Of a stretch of DNA of 64,000 bases, positions 47,646 to 56,883 are shown piece by piece (position 1 is the first letter of the stretch; each line of letters starts with the position of its first letter). The notes under the pieces are model-generated. The model saw only the letters and a list, made by a program, of their open reading frames with translations, searched no databases and was not told the origin of the DNA. The position numbers and the translations under genes were made by a program. Source of the DNA: an uncultured Rickettsiales bacterium (GTDB lineage: Bacteria; Pseudomonadota; Alphaproteobacteria; Rickettsiales; JABDBP01); NCBI GenBank assembly GCA_964450945.1, contig CAYVHI010000003.1, positions 2,191-66,190 on the forward strand, in the 5' to 3' direction.

Positions 47646-49232
47646 ATGTTTGGTAGCAGAAGTAAAAAATTTGTTCTTACAATAGGTGATGACGGAGTCA
47701 TCCTTACCTTTCTTGATGGCGCAAAACTTAAGGAGCGCTTGTTTTGCCAAGCACCTTCATCTGAAGACGCTGAAAAATTAAAAAAACTTCTGGAAAGGAA
47801 CCGTTCGGTCCCTATCTATATTTACATAGATCTGCTTGACCAGTCATTTTCCCAGCAGACGATTCCGCCGATAAGCGCCCTAAGAGTCAATGCACTTGTA
47901 AAAAGGAAGTTGCAAAGAGATTTCAACCCCAATGATATAAAAGCTGCCTTGAAACTTGACCGGTTAAAGACCGGTAGAAAGGACTGGATATATCTGTTTC
48001 TTTCAATCCCTTTTATTCCTCCGCTTTCAGAGTGGATTGAGATGATGCTCGAGATGCCCAATAAATTCGCGGGCATATATTCACTTCCCTTAGAAGTTGA
48101 GGCGCTGGTTAGAGATATAGACAAACTGCGCAAAGGTTCGGTGCCTGCCCAGTGGAAGATGCTGATAGCCCATAATAAGGTAGGGGGGATAAGGCAGGTT
48201 GTTTACCGTAACAATACTTTTATAATAAGCCGCCTTAACCAACCAGTTGGTGCTGCAGAAGCTGGGGTTATAGCGGGCAATATCGAGCAGGAGGCGGCAA
48301 ACACAATAGAGTTTATACGCCGTGTGGGATATGAAGAGAAGGATGGCCTGGATCTTTATGTTATTTGTGAGAAAGATATAAAATCACAACTTCAGTCATC
48401 ACGTATTACTGCTGTAAAAGATATAACTGTATTCACTCCGCATGAACTTGCAACCAAGCTTGGTATGAAAAATGTTACCAAGGAAGAAGATAAATACTCT
48501 GATATTCTTCTTGCCGCCCATTTCGGGAGTAAAAAAAGGAAGCATCTTCGTATTTCTACAAAAAATACCGAACAGCTTGATAAGCTGGATTTACTTGATA
48601 ATGCAGCAGTAGCTGGTGGTAGCGTTCTGGTTTTACTGATGCTTTTGCTGGGTGGGTATTATGTTGTTTCTCTCTACTCCATAATAAATGAGTTTAATCA
48701 GGCCAAGAAGTTAAGGGGCGAGAATGAAATTAAACTGGAAGAGATAAATAAGGAAAAACAGAAATTCTCTGTTGATATAAACGCGGTTATTGATACCGTC
48801 TATTATTATAATGTTTTCAGTAAAAATGAAGCATATCCGCTTAACATGCTGAGCCAGTTTTCTGAAGTTAAAGGCAAGGGAAATTCAGTAAAGACCGTGC
48901 GTGTAAAAATGGATGAGATGGAGAAATCTACTCCTCCGAATGCCTTTGGCAAAGATTTGGGTGTGATGCAGCCACGCGGTATAAACATAAACTACAGCAT
49001 GGAGCTGAAAACAAGTTCCAATACTATTGAACAACTGCTTGAATACACGGAAAACTTCACCAAAAAGATCCAGGAATCTTTCAAGGGCTATGATATAAAA
49101 TTTTCTAATTTGCCAAGCCGTGAAATTATTAACACAAATATAGGTGGAGGCGCATTACCAAATGGACCTGATCTTAGGAATGTAACCATACAGGTTATTA
49201 TAGAGACCGCCAAAAGTAAGGAGAAACAGTAA
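47646..49232 (+). CDS. Bitopic assembly protein, possibly PilM-PilN fusion / GspL-like
   Basis: About 330-aa cytoplasmic domain beginning 'FVLTIGDDGVILT', a single TM 'VAGGSVLVLLMLLLGGYYVV', then ~170 aa periplasmic. Sits right after pilC. Homology not verified. Confidence 0.45.
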   Translation: MFGSRSKKFVLTIGDDGVILTFLDGAKLKERLFCQAPSSEDAEKLKKLLERNRSVPIYIYIDLLDQSFSQQTIPPISALRVNALVKRKLQRDFNPNDIKAALKLDRLKTGRKDWIYLFLSIPFIPPLSEWIEMMLEMPNKFAGIYSLPLEVEALVRDIDKLRKGSVPAQWKMLIAHNKVGGIRQVVYRNNTFIISRLNQPVGAAEAGVIAGNIEQEAANTIEFIRRVGYEEKDGLDLYVICEKDIKSQLQSSRITAVKDITVFTPHELATKLGMKNVTKEEDKYSDILLAAHFGSKKRKHLRISTKNTEQLDKLDLLDNAAVAGGSVLVLLMLLLGGYYVVSLYSIINEFNQAKKLRGENEIKLEEINKEKQKFSVDINAVIDTVYYYNVFSKNEAYPLNMLSQFSEVKGKGNSVKTVRVKMDEMEKSTPPNAFGKDLGVMQPRGININYSMELKTSSNTIEQLLEYTENFTKKIQESFKGYDIKFSNLPSREIINTNIGGGALPNGPDLRNVTIQVIIETAKSKEKQ

Positions 49233-49903
49233 TGCAAGCGGTAAAACTGAAAAGGAAGCTTACTGCGGATTTTGTTTTTTTTGCCATTCTGGTTGGGGTG
49301 GGAATATTGATTAATATAATATTGTTTATCCAGACACGGAGCTACAAAAGCGATCTAGATAAAATAAAATCAGAAATAATAGCTCAGGAAGGCAAATATA
49401 ATAAAACCAGGGAAGGGTTGGGAGCAGCAACGTTATTGCTTGATGTGTATAAGGATATTCGTAAAGACAGGCATATCCAGACAGAATTTGTTGATGACAT
49501 AACATCGCGCATAAAAGAGGCAAGGGAGCCCCTGCAATTTTTGAAAGACAAGTACAGGCTCTCACAGCTTGATATTACAATCACCCCGCCTACCGCTATG
49601 AAAGAGGCTTTTCTAAAACGTGAAAATTATATTGCAAACGCAAGCAAGGTGACATTGCGTTTTTCTGGGCTTACTGATGAACTGGTTCTATCTTTCGTAC
49701 ATGAATTGTTTGATGAGTTTCCGGGTTATGTTTCGATAACATCACTCGACCTTGAAAAGGTTGGTGATATAAATGAGCAGACTGTGGCAACAATAAAAAC
49801 CGGTGTTTTCCCTATACTGGTAAAAGGTATATTAGTTTTTGAGTGGATAAAAGTTGGTAGTCCGAAGACTGCTGAAACAAAAGATACTAATAAGGCTCCA
49901 TAA
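49232..49903 (+). CDS. Bitopic protein, PilO/GspM-like by topology
   Basis: N-terminal TM 'FVFFAILVGVGILINIILFI', a coiled-coil segment, then a ~130-aa domain. Start overlaps the upstream stop (TAATG). Confidence 0.4.
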   Translation: MQAVKLKRKLTADFVFFAILVGVGILINIILFIQTRSYKSDLDKIKSEIIAQEGKYNKTREGLGAATLLLDVYKDIRKDRHIQTEFVDDITSRIKEAREPLQFLKDKYRLSQLDITITPPTAMKEAFLKRENYIANASKVTLRFSGLTDELVLSFVHELFDEFPGYVSITSLDLEKVGDINEQTVATIKTGVFPILVKGILVFEWIKVGSPKTAETKDTNKAP

Positions 49904-49904
49904 T

Positions 49905-50792
49905 ATGTCAAAACTTACAAAAATGAATATTTGGAAATGTCTGTATCTGGTGATTTGCTTTTTATTTCTAATGCCGGCCTATGCACAGGAAAAACAACCT
50001 CTAAAACCAGAAGAAGAAATAAGCTCTGATGAATATAGCCTGCGTTCGCTTTACAGCAAAGGAAAGGTTTCAAAAGCTTTCTCCCTGAAAGAAGAAAGTG
50101 ACGATAAAGAGAAAGCAAAAGATTCAAAAGAAAAGCAGCAGGAAGAAGATAAAAAGCAGCAGGAAGTAAAAAATAAGGATATTCCTGATGCTGATGAAAA
50201 AAGAAGCAAGGCCGTTGATTATGCCAACCTTCCTTATAAGGGCAGCCTTATGTATGATGAAAGATCGCTCAACGCCCTTTATTCTTTCCTACAGGGCAAT
50301 GTTGCCGAATTCAGTAATGATGAGAGCCTTTTATCAAGCTTTGATGAGCTGCCTTCCATAGCACCCGCTTTTTTCCTGAATTCAGTTATATTCATTTCTC
50401 CTTCAGAATGGTCTGTATGGGTGGATAATAGTAAGTTCAGGCCTAATATTGGAGGCGAGCAGATAACTGCAGAAAAAGTGGATAAGGAATTTGCAGTATT
50501 CAAATGGAAGCCAAAAAAACTGGATTACATTTCCCCTAACTGGCAGGCTAATCTTGTGGCAGCAGATATTGCAAAAAACAAACTTGTAAAAGACAGGCAA
50601 GGGCTGATCTCCAAAGATGGAAATATTTTTGTTGATGCGATAAACAACGAAGTATATTTTCGCCTGGCGCCGAATCAGACCTTTGTTTCGCGCACCATGG
50701 AGATTGCAGAAGGTTATAAGGATGATTTTACCATTCCTACCCAAAGCAATCTTGGGTTCACTGAACAGCTTGATATAAAACAGGGCCAATAG
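49905..50792 (+). CDS. Secreted protein with K/E-rich linker (pilus-operon member, unknown family)
   Basis: Start set at 'MSKLTKMNIWKCLYLVICFLFLMPAYA|QE' (signal peptide), 1 nt after the upstream stop. Confidence 0.45.
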   Translation: MSKLTKMNIWKCLYLVICFLFLMPAYAQEKQPLKPEEEISSDEYSLRSLYSKGKVSKAFSLKEESDDKEKAKDSKEKQQEEDKKQQEVKNKDIPDADEKRSKAVDYANLPYKGSLMYDERSLNALYSFLQGNVAEFSNDESLLSSFDELPSIAPAFFLNSVIFISPSEWSVWVDNSKFRPNIGGEQITAEKVDKEFAVFKWKPKKLDYISPNWQANLVAADIAKNKLVKDRQGLISKDGNIFVDAINNEVYFRLAPNQTFVSRTMEIAEGYKDDFTIPTQSNLGFTEQLDIKQGQ

Positions 50793-50796
50793 AACA

Positions 50797-51567
50797 ATGA
50801 ATTATCCACTGGAAATTAACAATCTGAATAAAAGTTTTGGTGATAAGAAAGTTTTGAATAATATTTCCCTGAAAGTAAAACTGGGAGAAATTTTTGGTCT
50901 TGTGGGCCTGAACGGTGCTGGCAAGACAACGCTGATAAAAATAATTCTTGGATTCCTAAACCAGGATTCTGGCACTGCTGATATTTTCGGTATGAGTGCA
51001 AAACAGACAAATGCACGTAAAAATCTTTCATATCTGCCGGAAAAATTCAACCCTTCGCAGTTCTTAAAAGGAAAGGAATTTCTCTCTTTCTCACTTTCCT
51101 ATTTCGGGAAAAGTTTCGATCTTGACCTTGCTGGTGAAAAGGCTGATGAACTTGGCCTGAACCCTGATGTTCTTGAGCACAGAGTTGGTAGGTATTCAAA
51201 AGGTATGGGCCAGAAACTCGGCCTTGTTTCGGCACTTCTGACCGAGGCGCCGCTCCTGCTGCTTGATGAGCCAATGAGTGGCCTTGACCCAAGCGCAAGG
51301 ATATTGCTTAAGGATAACCTGCTAAAATACAAAAAAGAGGGAAAGACGGTCTTTTTCAGCTCCCATATTCTGGCTGATATTGAAGAGATATGCGACCGCA
51401 TAGGCATACTGCATAATAATGAAATGGTTTTTGTTGGCACTGCCGCTGAATTTAAAAAGAAATATCCCGCTGATAGCCTTGAACGCTCTTTCCTGAGAGC
51501 AATTAATTTTAAGTCAACTATCGAAAAAAAACCGGCAAAAAAGAAATCTAGAGCATATTCTAGCTAA
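50797..51567 (+). CDS. ABC transporter ATP-binding protein
   Basis: Walker A 'GLNGAGKTT', signature 'YSKGMGQKLGL', Walker B 'LLLLDEP', H-loop 'SSHIL'. Confidence 0.9.
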   Translation: MNYPLEINNLNKSFGDKKVLNNISLKVKLGEIFGLVGLNGAGKTTLIKIILGFLNQDSGTADIFGMSAKQTNARKNLSYLPEKFNPSQFLKGKEFLSFSLSYFGKSFDLDLAGEKADELGLNPDVLEHRVGRYSKGMGQKLGLVSALLTEAPLLLLDEPMSGLDPSARILLKDNLLKYKKEGKTVFFSSHILADIEEICDRIGILHNNEMVFVGTAAEFKKKYPADSLERSFLRAINFKSTIEKKPAKKKSRAYSS

Positions 51568-51650
51568 GCATATATATTTGTTGCGAAATGAAATCTGATT
51601 TTTTGCGTATAAGAAATTTTTTAGCAATAGCGGTTACTATGCTCTAAAAA

Positions 51651-52793
51651 TTAAAAATCTTCGTTCTTTGGTTTTTGCGGGGTTGTCTGAGCGGGTATGT
51701 AATTGGACTTGCTGAGTGAGGGGTTACCAGATTTTTCCTGGCTTATCTTGAGGCGTAGGTTACCAGGATTATCAGATTCGTTGAGTGCTGTTTCTTCAGT
51801 TATTTTACCTTTCAAGAAAAGATCCAGCAGATATTGATCAAAACTTATCATTCCCTGGTCTTTATTTTTTTCCATCATTTCCTTAATTTCTTTAATCTTA
51901 CCTTCTTCAATAAGTTTTTTGACCAAACCCTGATTAAGCATTATCTCTATAGCCAAACACCGCATGCCGGAAATGCTTGGAACCAAGCGCTGGGATATGA
52001 CAGCCTTAAGGTTTTGTGAAAGGGTGAGTAATGTCTGTTTTGACATTTCTTCAGGGAAGAGATTGATGATTCGCTCTACAGCCTGGTTTGAGTTATTGGC
52101 ATGCAGGGTTGCCACGCATAAATGCCCAGTCTCACAAAACTGGATGGCACTTTCCATTGTCTCACGATCACGTATTTCACCTATGACTATGACATCAGGA
52201 GTCTGCCGCAATGCATTCTTAAGAGCGGTGCCATAAGAATATGTATCTATACCGATCTCACGCTGGGTGAAGATGCAGTTTTTATGCTCGTGGATGAATT
52301 CAATGGGGTCTTCAACAGTAATTATATGGCCGGAGCCATACTGGTTCCTATAGCCTAACATCGCCGCAAGGGAAGTTGATTTACCAGCTCCGCTGGCACC
52401 GACCATAAGGACAAGGCCTCGCTTTTCCATGATGAGTTTACCGTAAATCTCAGGCAGTCCAAGTGATTCGAAAGTAGGTATTTCCACGCGTATTCGGCGT
52501 ATTACAATTCCGCGGTTATGCTGCTGGTGAAAGAAATTAGCGCGGAAACGCTTGCCGTGATAGGAATGGATGGCGACATTCAATTCCAGTGTGGATTCAA
52601 ACTCGCTCCTCTGGCTTTCATTCAGCATTTCAGCTATGAATGAATTTATATCTTCATTGGTAAGTTTTGCATTGCCGGCATGAACGATTTTATTTTCTAT
52701 CCGCAAGCTCGGAGGATAACCTACTGTCAGGTAAATATCGGAAGCCTCCTTATTTACCATTTCCAGTAAAAGATCTGCAATTTTTACTGTCAA
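51651..52793 (-). CDS. pilU: PilT-family retraction ATPase, PilU-like
   Basis: 'ASDIYLTVGYPP', Walker A 'GASGAGKSTSLAAM', 'EDPIEF', 'GEIRD.ET', 'TGHL..ATLHAN'. Confidence 0.85.
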   Translation of the reverse strand: MTVKIADLLLEMVNKEASDIYLTVGYPPSLRIENKIVHAGNAKLTNEDINSFIAEMLNESQRSEFESTLELNVAIHSYHGKRFRANFFHQQHNRGIVIRRIRVEIPTFESLGLPEIYGKLIMEKRGLVLMVGASGAGKSTSLAAMLGYRNQYGSGHIITVEDPIEFIHEHKNCIFTQREIGIDTYSYGTALKNALRQTPDVIVIGEIRDRETMESAIQFCETGHLCVATLHANNSNQAVERIINLFPEEMSKQTLLTLSQNLKAVISQRLVPSISGMRCLAIEIMLNQGLVKKLIEEGKIKEIKEMMEKNKDQGMISFDQYLLDLFLKGKITEETALNESDNPGNLRLKISQEKSGNPSLSKSNYIPAQTTPQKPKNEDF

Positions 52794-53903
52794 TTAAAAC
52801 TCCATTTTTTTGCTTTGTATCATGTGGGGATTTTGTTGTGCTGGTGCTGTGCCGCCTGGCTTTGATTCATCTTCACCAGAATCAAGATTTAACACCGATC
52901 TTGCAGCCTGCGCGGTGATTACGCCCTGCTGCATAAGATTGTTTACACAATCTTTCATGGTTTGCATGCCAACCTTTGAGCCAACCTGCATAAGTGAATA
53001 TATTTGCGGAACCTTACCTTCGCGTATCATGTTACGTATTGCCGGAGTACCAAGCAGGATTTCATGTGCCGCCACGCGGCCGCTGTTATCTGCCTTCTTG
53101 ATAAGCGTTTGTGCAATTACAGCTTCCAGAGTACTACCTAACATGGACATGATGAGGGCTTTACTCTGTGCTGGGAAAGCATCGATAATCCTGTCTACAG
53201 TTTTTGCAGCAGAGTTGGTGTGTAGTGTTCCCATAACCAAGTGCCCGGTTTCTGCGGCAGTCAGCGCCAACTGTATGGTTTCAAGGTCGCGCATTTCGCC
53301 CACCAGAATTACATCCGGATCTTCACGCAGTGCGCTTTTAAGGGCCCTGGCAAAAGACATCGTGTTACTGCCAAGCTCACGCTGGTTTATCAGAGCTTTA
53401 TTGGATTTATGGACAAACTCTACCGGATCTTCGACTGTGAGGATATGTTTTGGAAAATTTTTATTTATGTGGTCAATAATAGCTGCAAGAGTTGTTGATT
53501 TACCGCTTCCCGTAGGGCCGGTAACCAGAACAAGACCCTTGTGTAAAGAAGCAATTTTCTGGAGGATTGGCGGGGTATTAAGCTCCTGCAATGTCAGTAT
53601 GCGGTCCGGAATGGCACGAAAAGCAGCCGATGGACCATTAAGTGTGGTAAAAGCATTTACCCGGAAACGCAGTTCGCTGAACTGGATGGCAAAATCTAAC
53701 TCAAGATCCCTTTCATAATCGGCGCGCTGATTCTCTGTCATTATCGAATAAAGAAGTGATTTCACCGCATCTGCCGTAAGGACATCAAGTTTAAGGTGAA
53801 CGATTTCGCCGTTTATGCGCATAATCGGCGGCTGGCCGGAAGAAAGATGTAGATCAGAAGCCTTATTTTTCTTGGTCAACTGTAGTAATTCAAGTACTTC
53901 CAT
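52794..53903 (-). CDS. pilT: Twitching motility ATPase PilT
   Basis: 'ASDLHLSSG.PP..R..G', Walker A 'GPTGSGKSTTLAA', 'EDPVEF', 'GEMRDLETI', 'TGHLV.GTLHT', 'AHEIL'. Confidence 0.92.
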   Translation of the reverse strand: MEVLELLQLTKKNKASDLHLSSGQPPIMRINGEIVHLKLDVLTADAVKSLLYSIMTENQRADYERDLELDFAIQFSELRFRVNAFTTLNGPSAAFRAIPDRILTLQELNTPPILQKIASLHKGLVLVTGPTGSGKSTTLAAIIDHINKNFPKHILTVEDPVEFVHKSNKALINQRELGSNTMSFARALKSALREDPDVILVGEMRDLETIQLALTAAETGHLVMGTLHTNSAAKTVDRIIDAFPAQSKALIMSMLGSTLEAVIAQTLIKKADNSGRVAAHEILLGTPAIRNMIREGKVPQIYSLMQVGSKVGMQTMKDCVNNLMQQGVITAQAARSVLNLDSGEDESKPGGTAPAQQNPHMIQSKKMEF

Positions 53904-53912
53904 AATATGCCC

Positions 53913-55223
53913 CTATCTGACTGCGCTTTTATTTAATAGAAAAGTCACTCTGCTCTGAATCTTATCAACTGAATCAGGCAAATCATAACCGCTTCTGGCC
54001 GCCTCTATAACCTGGTTATAGAAATTGGCTGCTTCTTTAAAATTTCCAAGTCTGTCATAAGCTATGGCAAGGTGGTATTTATATATGGCATTATCAGGAG
54101 AGAGCATTATAGCCCTAATGAGGAATTTTGTTGCCTCCGGATAATTGCCGTTCTTTAAGTGGATAATACCCATCTGCGCCGGAAGGATGCTGAACTCAGA
54201 ATTTTCCTTATATAATTTTTCGAACTCCCCTATTGCCTCATTTGGAAATTGCTGGCTTAGAAGCACCAGGTAATTATTAACTGCAACCTTGTTTCTTGGT
54301 TCGGCCTTCAATACTTCTCTATAAAACTGGCGCGCCTGTTCATATTGCTGATTCTGCTGGTAAGCAACTGCAAGACCAAGCATTGTACGCCTGTTTTTTA
54401 TATCAAGCTCAAGCGCTTCCTTAAAGAATTCTATGGCAATCTCATTCTGGCCTGCAAGCAGGGCATCCTGTGCATCCTGCAGGATTTTTGCCAGATATTC
54501 ATAATCTTCGTTGACCTCGATTTCGAGCATATTTACGCCCTGTTCATATAGGTTTTCCTGCGATTCAGGACTTTGTTCAGTTCCTGGAGCATTTGCTGAT
54601 GCAGTACCTTCACCAGGAATCTCCTCTTCATTTTCAGGAGGTATGGCTCCTGGAGCATTTTCGGTAGGTTGTGCAAATGGAGATACAAAATTACCGTGCT
54701 CTATAGTGAAAGACTCAAACTCTTTCTTCTCATTAACTTTTTTCAGACTTGAACCAAGAGCTTCATAGTCATTCTTTTCTTTTGCATTTTCTTCCTTGGT
54801 GGTTATTTTCTGTTTTTTATCCTTATTATTCTTTACATCAGATTTGCTTTTTTGTTTCTCTGGCTCTTTTGCTTCCGGGCTTTTTTCTGACTGCTGCTTG
54901 CGTTTTTCTTCATATGGCTTGGTATTTGTGTTTACTTCCTTTTCAATTTCGGCAAGAAATTCATCAATATCATCCTCATCTTCATAATTAATCAGAAGAA
55001 GTGGAGTCTTAACATCTGATACCTCAAGATTATCGGCTGGTTTCTGTGGTTCAGGTTTGCTGGCTTGTAAATCACTGTTTCCTGTGTAGAGGAAAATAAT
55101 GATTGAAATAAGAGCGGTCAGTTTCCAAAACATGCCTTCCGGCACTTTTGAAAAAAAGAAGCGCACCAGAAGGAAACGTCTGTAAAACCTGAGTTTGCGG
55201 TAAAGAATATTGCTTTCCATCAC
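53913..55223 (-). CDS. TPR-repeat protein with N-terminal membrane anchor and K/E-rich region (PilF/MshN-like position)
   Basis: C-terminal half has multiple TPR-like repeats ('A...F.EAL..D..N', 'YHLAIAYD.LG....A...Y'). The start may be the internal 'MFWKLTALISIIIF' (55133). Confidence 0.7.
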   Translation of the reverse strand: MMESNILYRKLRFYRRFLLVRFFFSKVPEGMFWKLTALISIIIFLYTGNSDLQASKPEPQKPADNLEVSDVKTPLLLINYEDEDDIDEFLAEIEKEVNTNTKPYEEKRKQQSEKSPEAKEPEKQKSKSDVKNNKDKKQKITTKEENAKEKNDYEALGSSLKKVNEKKEFESFTIEHGNFVSPFAQPTENAPGAIPPENEEEIPGEGTASANAPGTEQSPESQENLYEQGVNMLEIEVNEDYEYLAKILQDAQDALLAGQNEIAIEFFKEALELDIKNRRTMLGLAVAYQQNQQYEQARQFYREVLKAEPRNKVAVNNYLVLLSQQFPNEAIGEFEKLYKENSEFSILPAQMGIIHLKNGNYPEATKFLIRAIMLSPDNAIYKYHLAIAYDRLGNFKEAANFYNQVIEAARSGYDLPDSVDKIQSRVTFLLNKSAVR

Positions 55224-55328
55224 ATCTATATGTTGTGGTTACAGATGAATTTTAACCCTATAATTATTATTATTCAAGGATATACTCTCTCCTTTAATTG
55301 TTTTAAAAAATATGGAATCATAACGAGT

Positions 55329-56411
55329 ATGAATTTCTATCAGTTTATAAGGCCAATTATATTTACTCTTCCTGAAGAGGCGGCCCACCACCTTGCCTTA
55401 AGTGTTTTACAAAAAGGGTTGCTGCCAACCCCGCGTGAAAAGCAGTATCTTGGAACGCTGCGCATGGATCTTTGGGGGTTGAGTTTTAAAAATCCGGTCG
55501 GGCTTGCTGCTGGATTCGATAAAAACGCTGTTGCCATAAAACCACTGCTAGACCAGGGATTTGGGTTTATCGAAACCGGAACCGTTACTCCATTGCCACA
55601 GATAGGAAATGAAAAACCAAGATTATTCCGGCTAAAAGAAGACAAAGCAATAATCAACAGAATGGGCATGCCTGGTGATGGAAGTGATTTATATGTGAAA
55701 AGGCTTGAAGCATGGCAGAAATATAAATCAACATTCGGGTATAAGGGGATTGTTGGCGCCAATATCGGGAAGAATAAAGAAGGTGATGCAAAGGAAGATT
55801 ATATAACAATGCTTAAGAAAGTTTACGGGCTTTCAGATTATATATCGCTAAATATTTCTTCGCCAAATACAGCTGGCCTTAGGGATTTACAGGCAAAAGA
55901 CGAACTTGAAAAACTTCTTTCCGCACTGAAGAGAGAGAAGAAAATGCTGATGGAAGAAAAGGATAAGGATATACCGATATTACTGAAGATTGCTCCGGAC
56001 CTAGGTGAAGATGAACAGAAAGATATAGCCGAAGTGATGATGAAACAGAAAATCGACGGGCTAATAGTAAGCAACACCACAACCGCCAGGGAAAACCTAA
56101 AAAGCAAGAATGCCGGTGAGACAGGCGGACTTTCCGGCAAGCCACTTCTTGAACCTTCAACTAAAGTATTAAAAAATATGTATAAATACACGGAAGGCAA
56201 GGTTCCTATCGTGGGGCTTGGAGGAGTTTTTACCGCCGAAGATGCTTACGCAAAAATAAAAGCCGGCGCCAGCCTTATACAAATATATACATCATTGATA
56301 TATAAGGGGTTTTATGTAATAGACGAGATAAACACGGGCCTTGAAAAATTGCTGTTCAAGGATGGATATTCACATCTTAGCGAAGCAGTAGGGAAGGACG
56401 CCGGTTCGTGA
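55329..56411 (+). CDS. pyrD: Dihydroorotate dehydrogenase (quinone), class 2
   Basis: Start set at 'MNFYQFIRP..F.L..E.AH'. 'GLAAGFDKN', 'GFGF.E.GTVTP..Q.GN.KPR.FRL', 'N.SSPNT.GLR'. Confidence 0.93.
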   Translation: MNFYQFIRPIIFTLPEEAAHHLALSVLQKGLLPTPREKQYLGTLRMDLWGLSFKNPVGLAAGFDKNAVAIKPLLDQGFGFIETGTVTPLPQIGNEKPRLFRLKEDKAIINRMGMPGDGSDLYVKRLEAWQKYKSTFGYKGIVGANIGKNKEGDAKEDYITMLKKVYGLSDYISLNISSPNTAGLRDLQAKDELEKLLSALKREKKMLMEEKDKDIPILLKIAPDLGEDEQKDIAEVMMKQKIDGLIVSNTTTARENLKSKNAGETGGLSGKPLLEPSTKVLKNMYKYTEGKVPIVGLGGVFTAEDAYAKIKAGASLIQIYTSLIYKGFYVIDEINTGLEKLLFKDGYSHLSEAVGKDAGS

Positions 56412-56475
56412 TTTCTCTTGACCGCACAAGAGTTTCAGGGTAAAAAGCCACTCCTTTAAAAAAACAGGTAAGCCC

Positions 56476-56757
56476 ATGACAAACATTTGCGAAATTACAG
56501 GTAAGAAATACCAACGCGGAAACCAGGTTTCCCACTCTAACCGTAAAATGATAAAGCAGTTCGAGCCGAACATGCAGGCCGTTTCTTTCTACAGCGAAAA
56601 ACTGGGCAAACTGGTAAGGCTTATTGTTGCCGCTTCAACAATCCGCACCATCGATAAAAAGGGCGGGCTTGATGCATTCCTTACTGCTACACCAAACAGC
56701 AAACTTACAGATAAAGCAAAGAAGCTGAAAAAGCAGATTACCAAGCAAGCTGCTTAA
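56476..56757 (+). CDS. rpmB: 50S ribosomal protein L28
   Basis: 'CE.TGK....GN.VSHSN.K..R.F.PN.Q'. Confidence 0.93.
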   Translation: MTNICEITGKKYQRGNQVSHSNRKMIKQFEPNMQAVSFYSEKLGKLVRLIVAASTIRTIDKKGGLDAFLTATPNSKLTDKAKKLKKQITKQAA

Positions 56758-56878
56758 AACTCAATTCTAGTGATTGATTGCTGTGTCAGCTTGAAGCTGC
56801 GGTGCTCATGTATTTTTTTATACACTGTGCTCTTCGCTTATTCGCTTCCTAGCACTCAAAACACTATAATTGAGTTTT
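56756..56878 (+). repeat. Family-1 nested-hairpin intergenic repeat, copy C
   Basis: Arms 'aaaactcaattctagtg' and 'cactataattgagtttt' (one mismatch). Core is 'gtgctcatgta-ttttttta-tacactgtgc...ttcgcttcctagca'. Lies between convergent rpmB and parE. Confidence 0.75.
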
Positions 56879-56883
56879 TTATT

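Noticed and set aside
52810-53718. Long antisense ORFs: 302 aa opposite pilT, 242 aa at 58895-59623 opposite nnr, 281 aa at 32504-33349 opposite ribD, 217 aa at 45592-46245 opposite pilB, 150 aa at 317-769 opposite proA, and 185 aa at 27713-28270 opposite the Cys-rich pilin-like gene.
   Set aside because: Each lies entirely inside a gene with unmistakable conserved motifs on the other strand. Their translations are low-complexity (Ser/Ala/Ile/Pro-rich) with no motifs. These are classic shadow ORFs.
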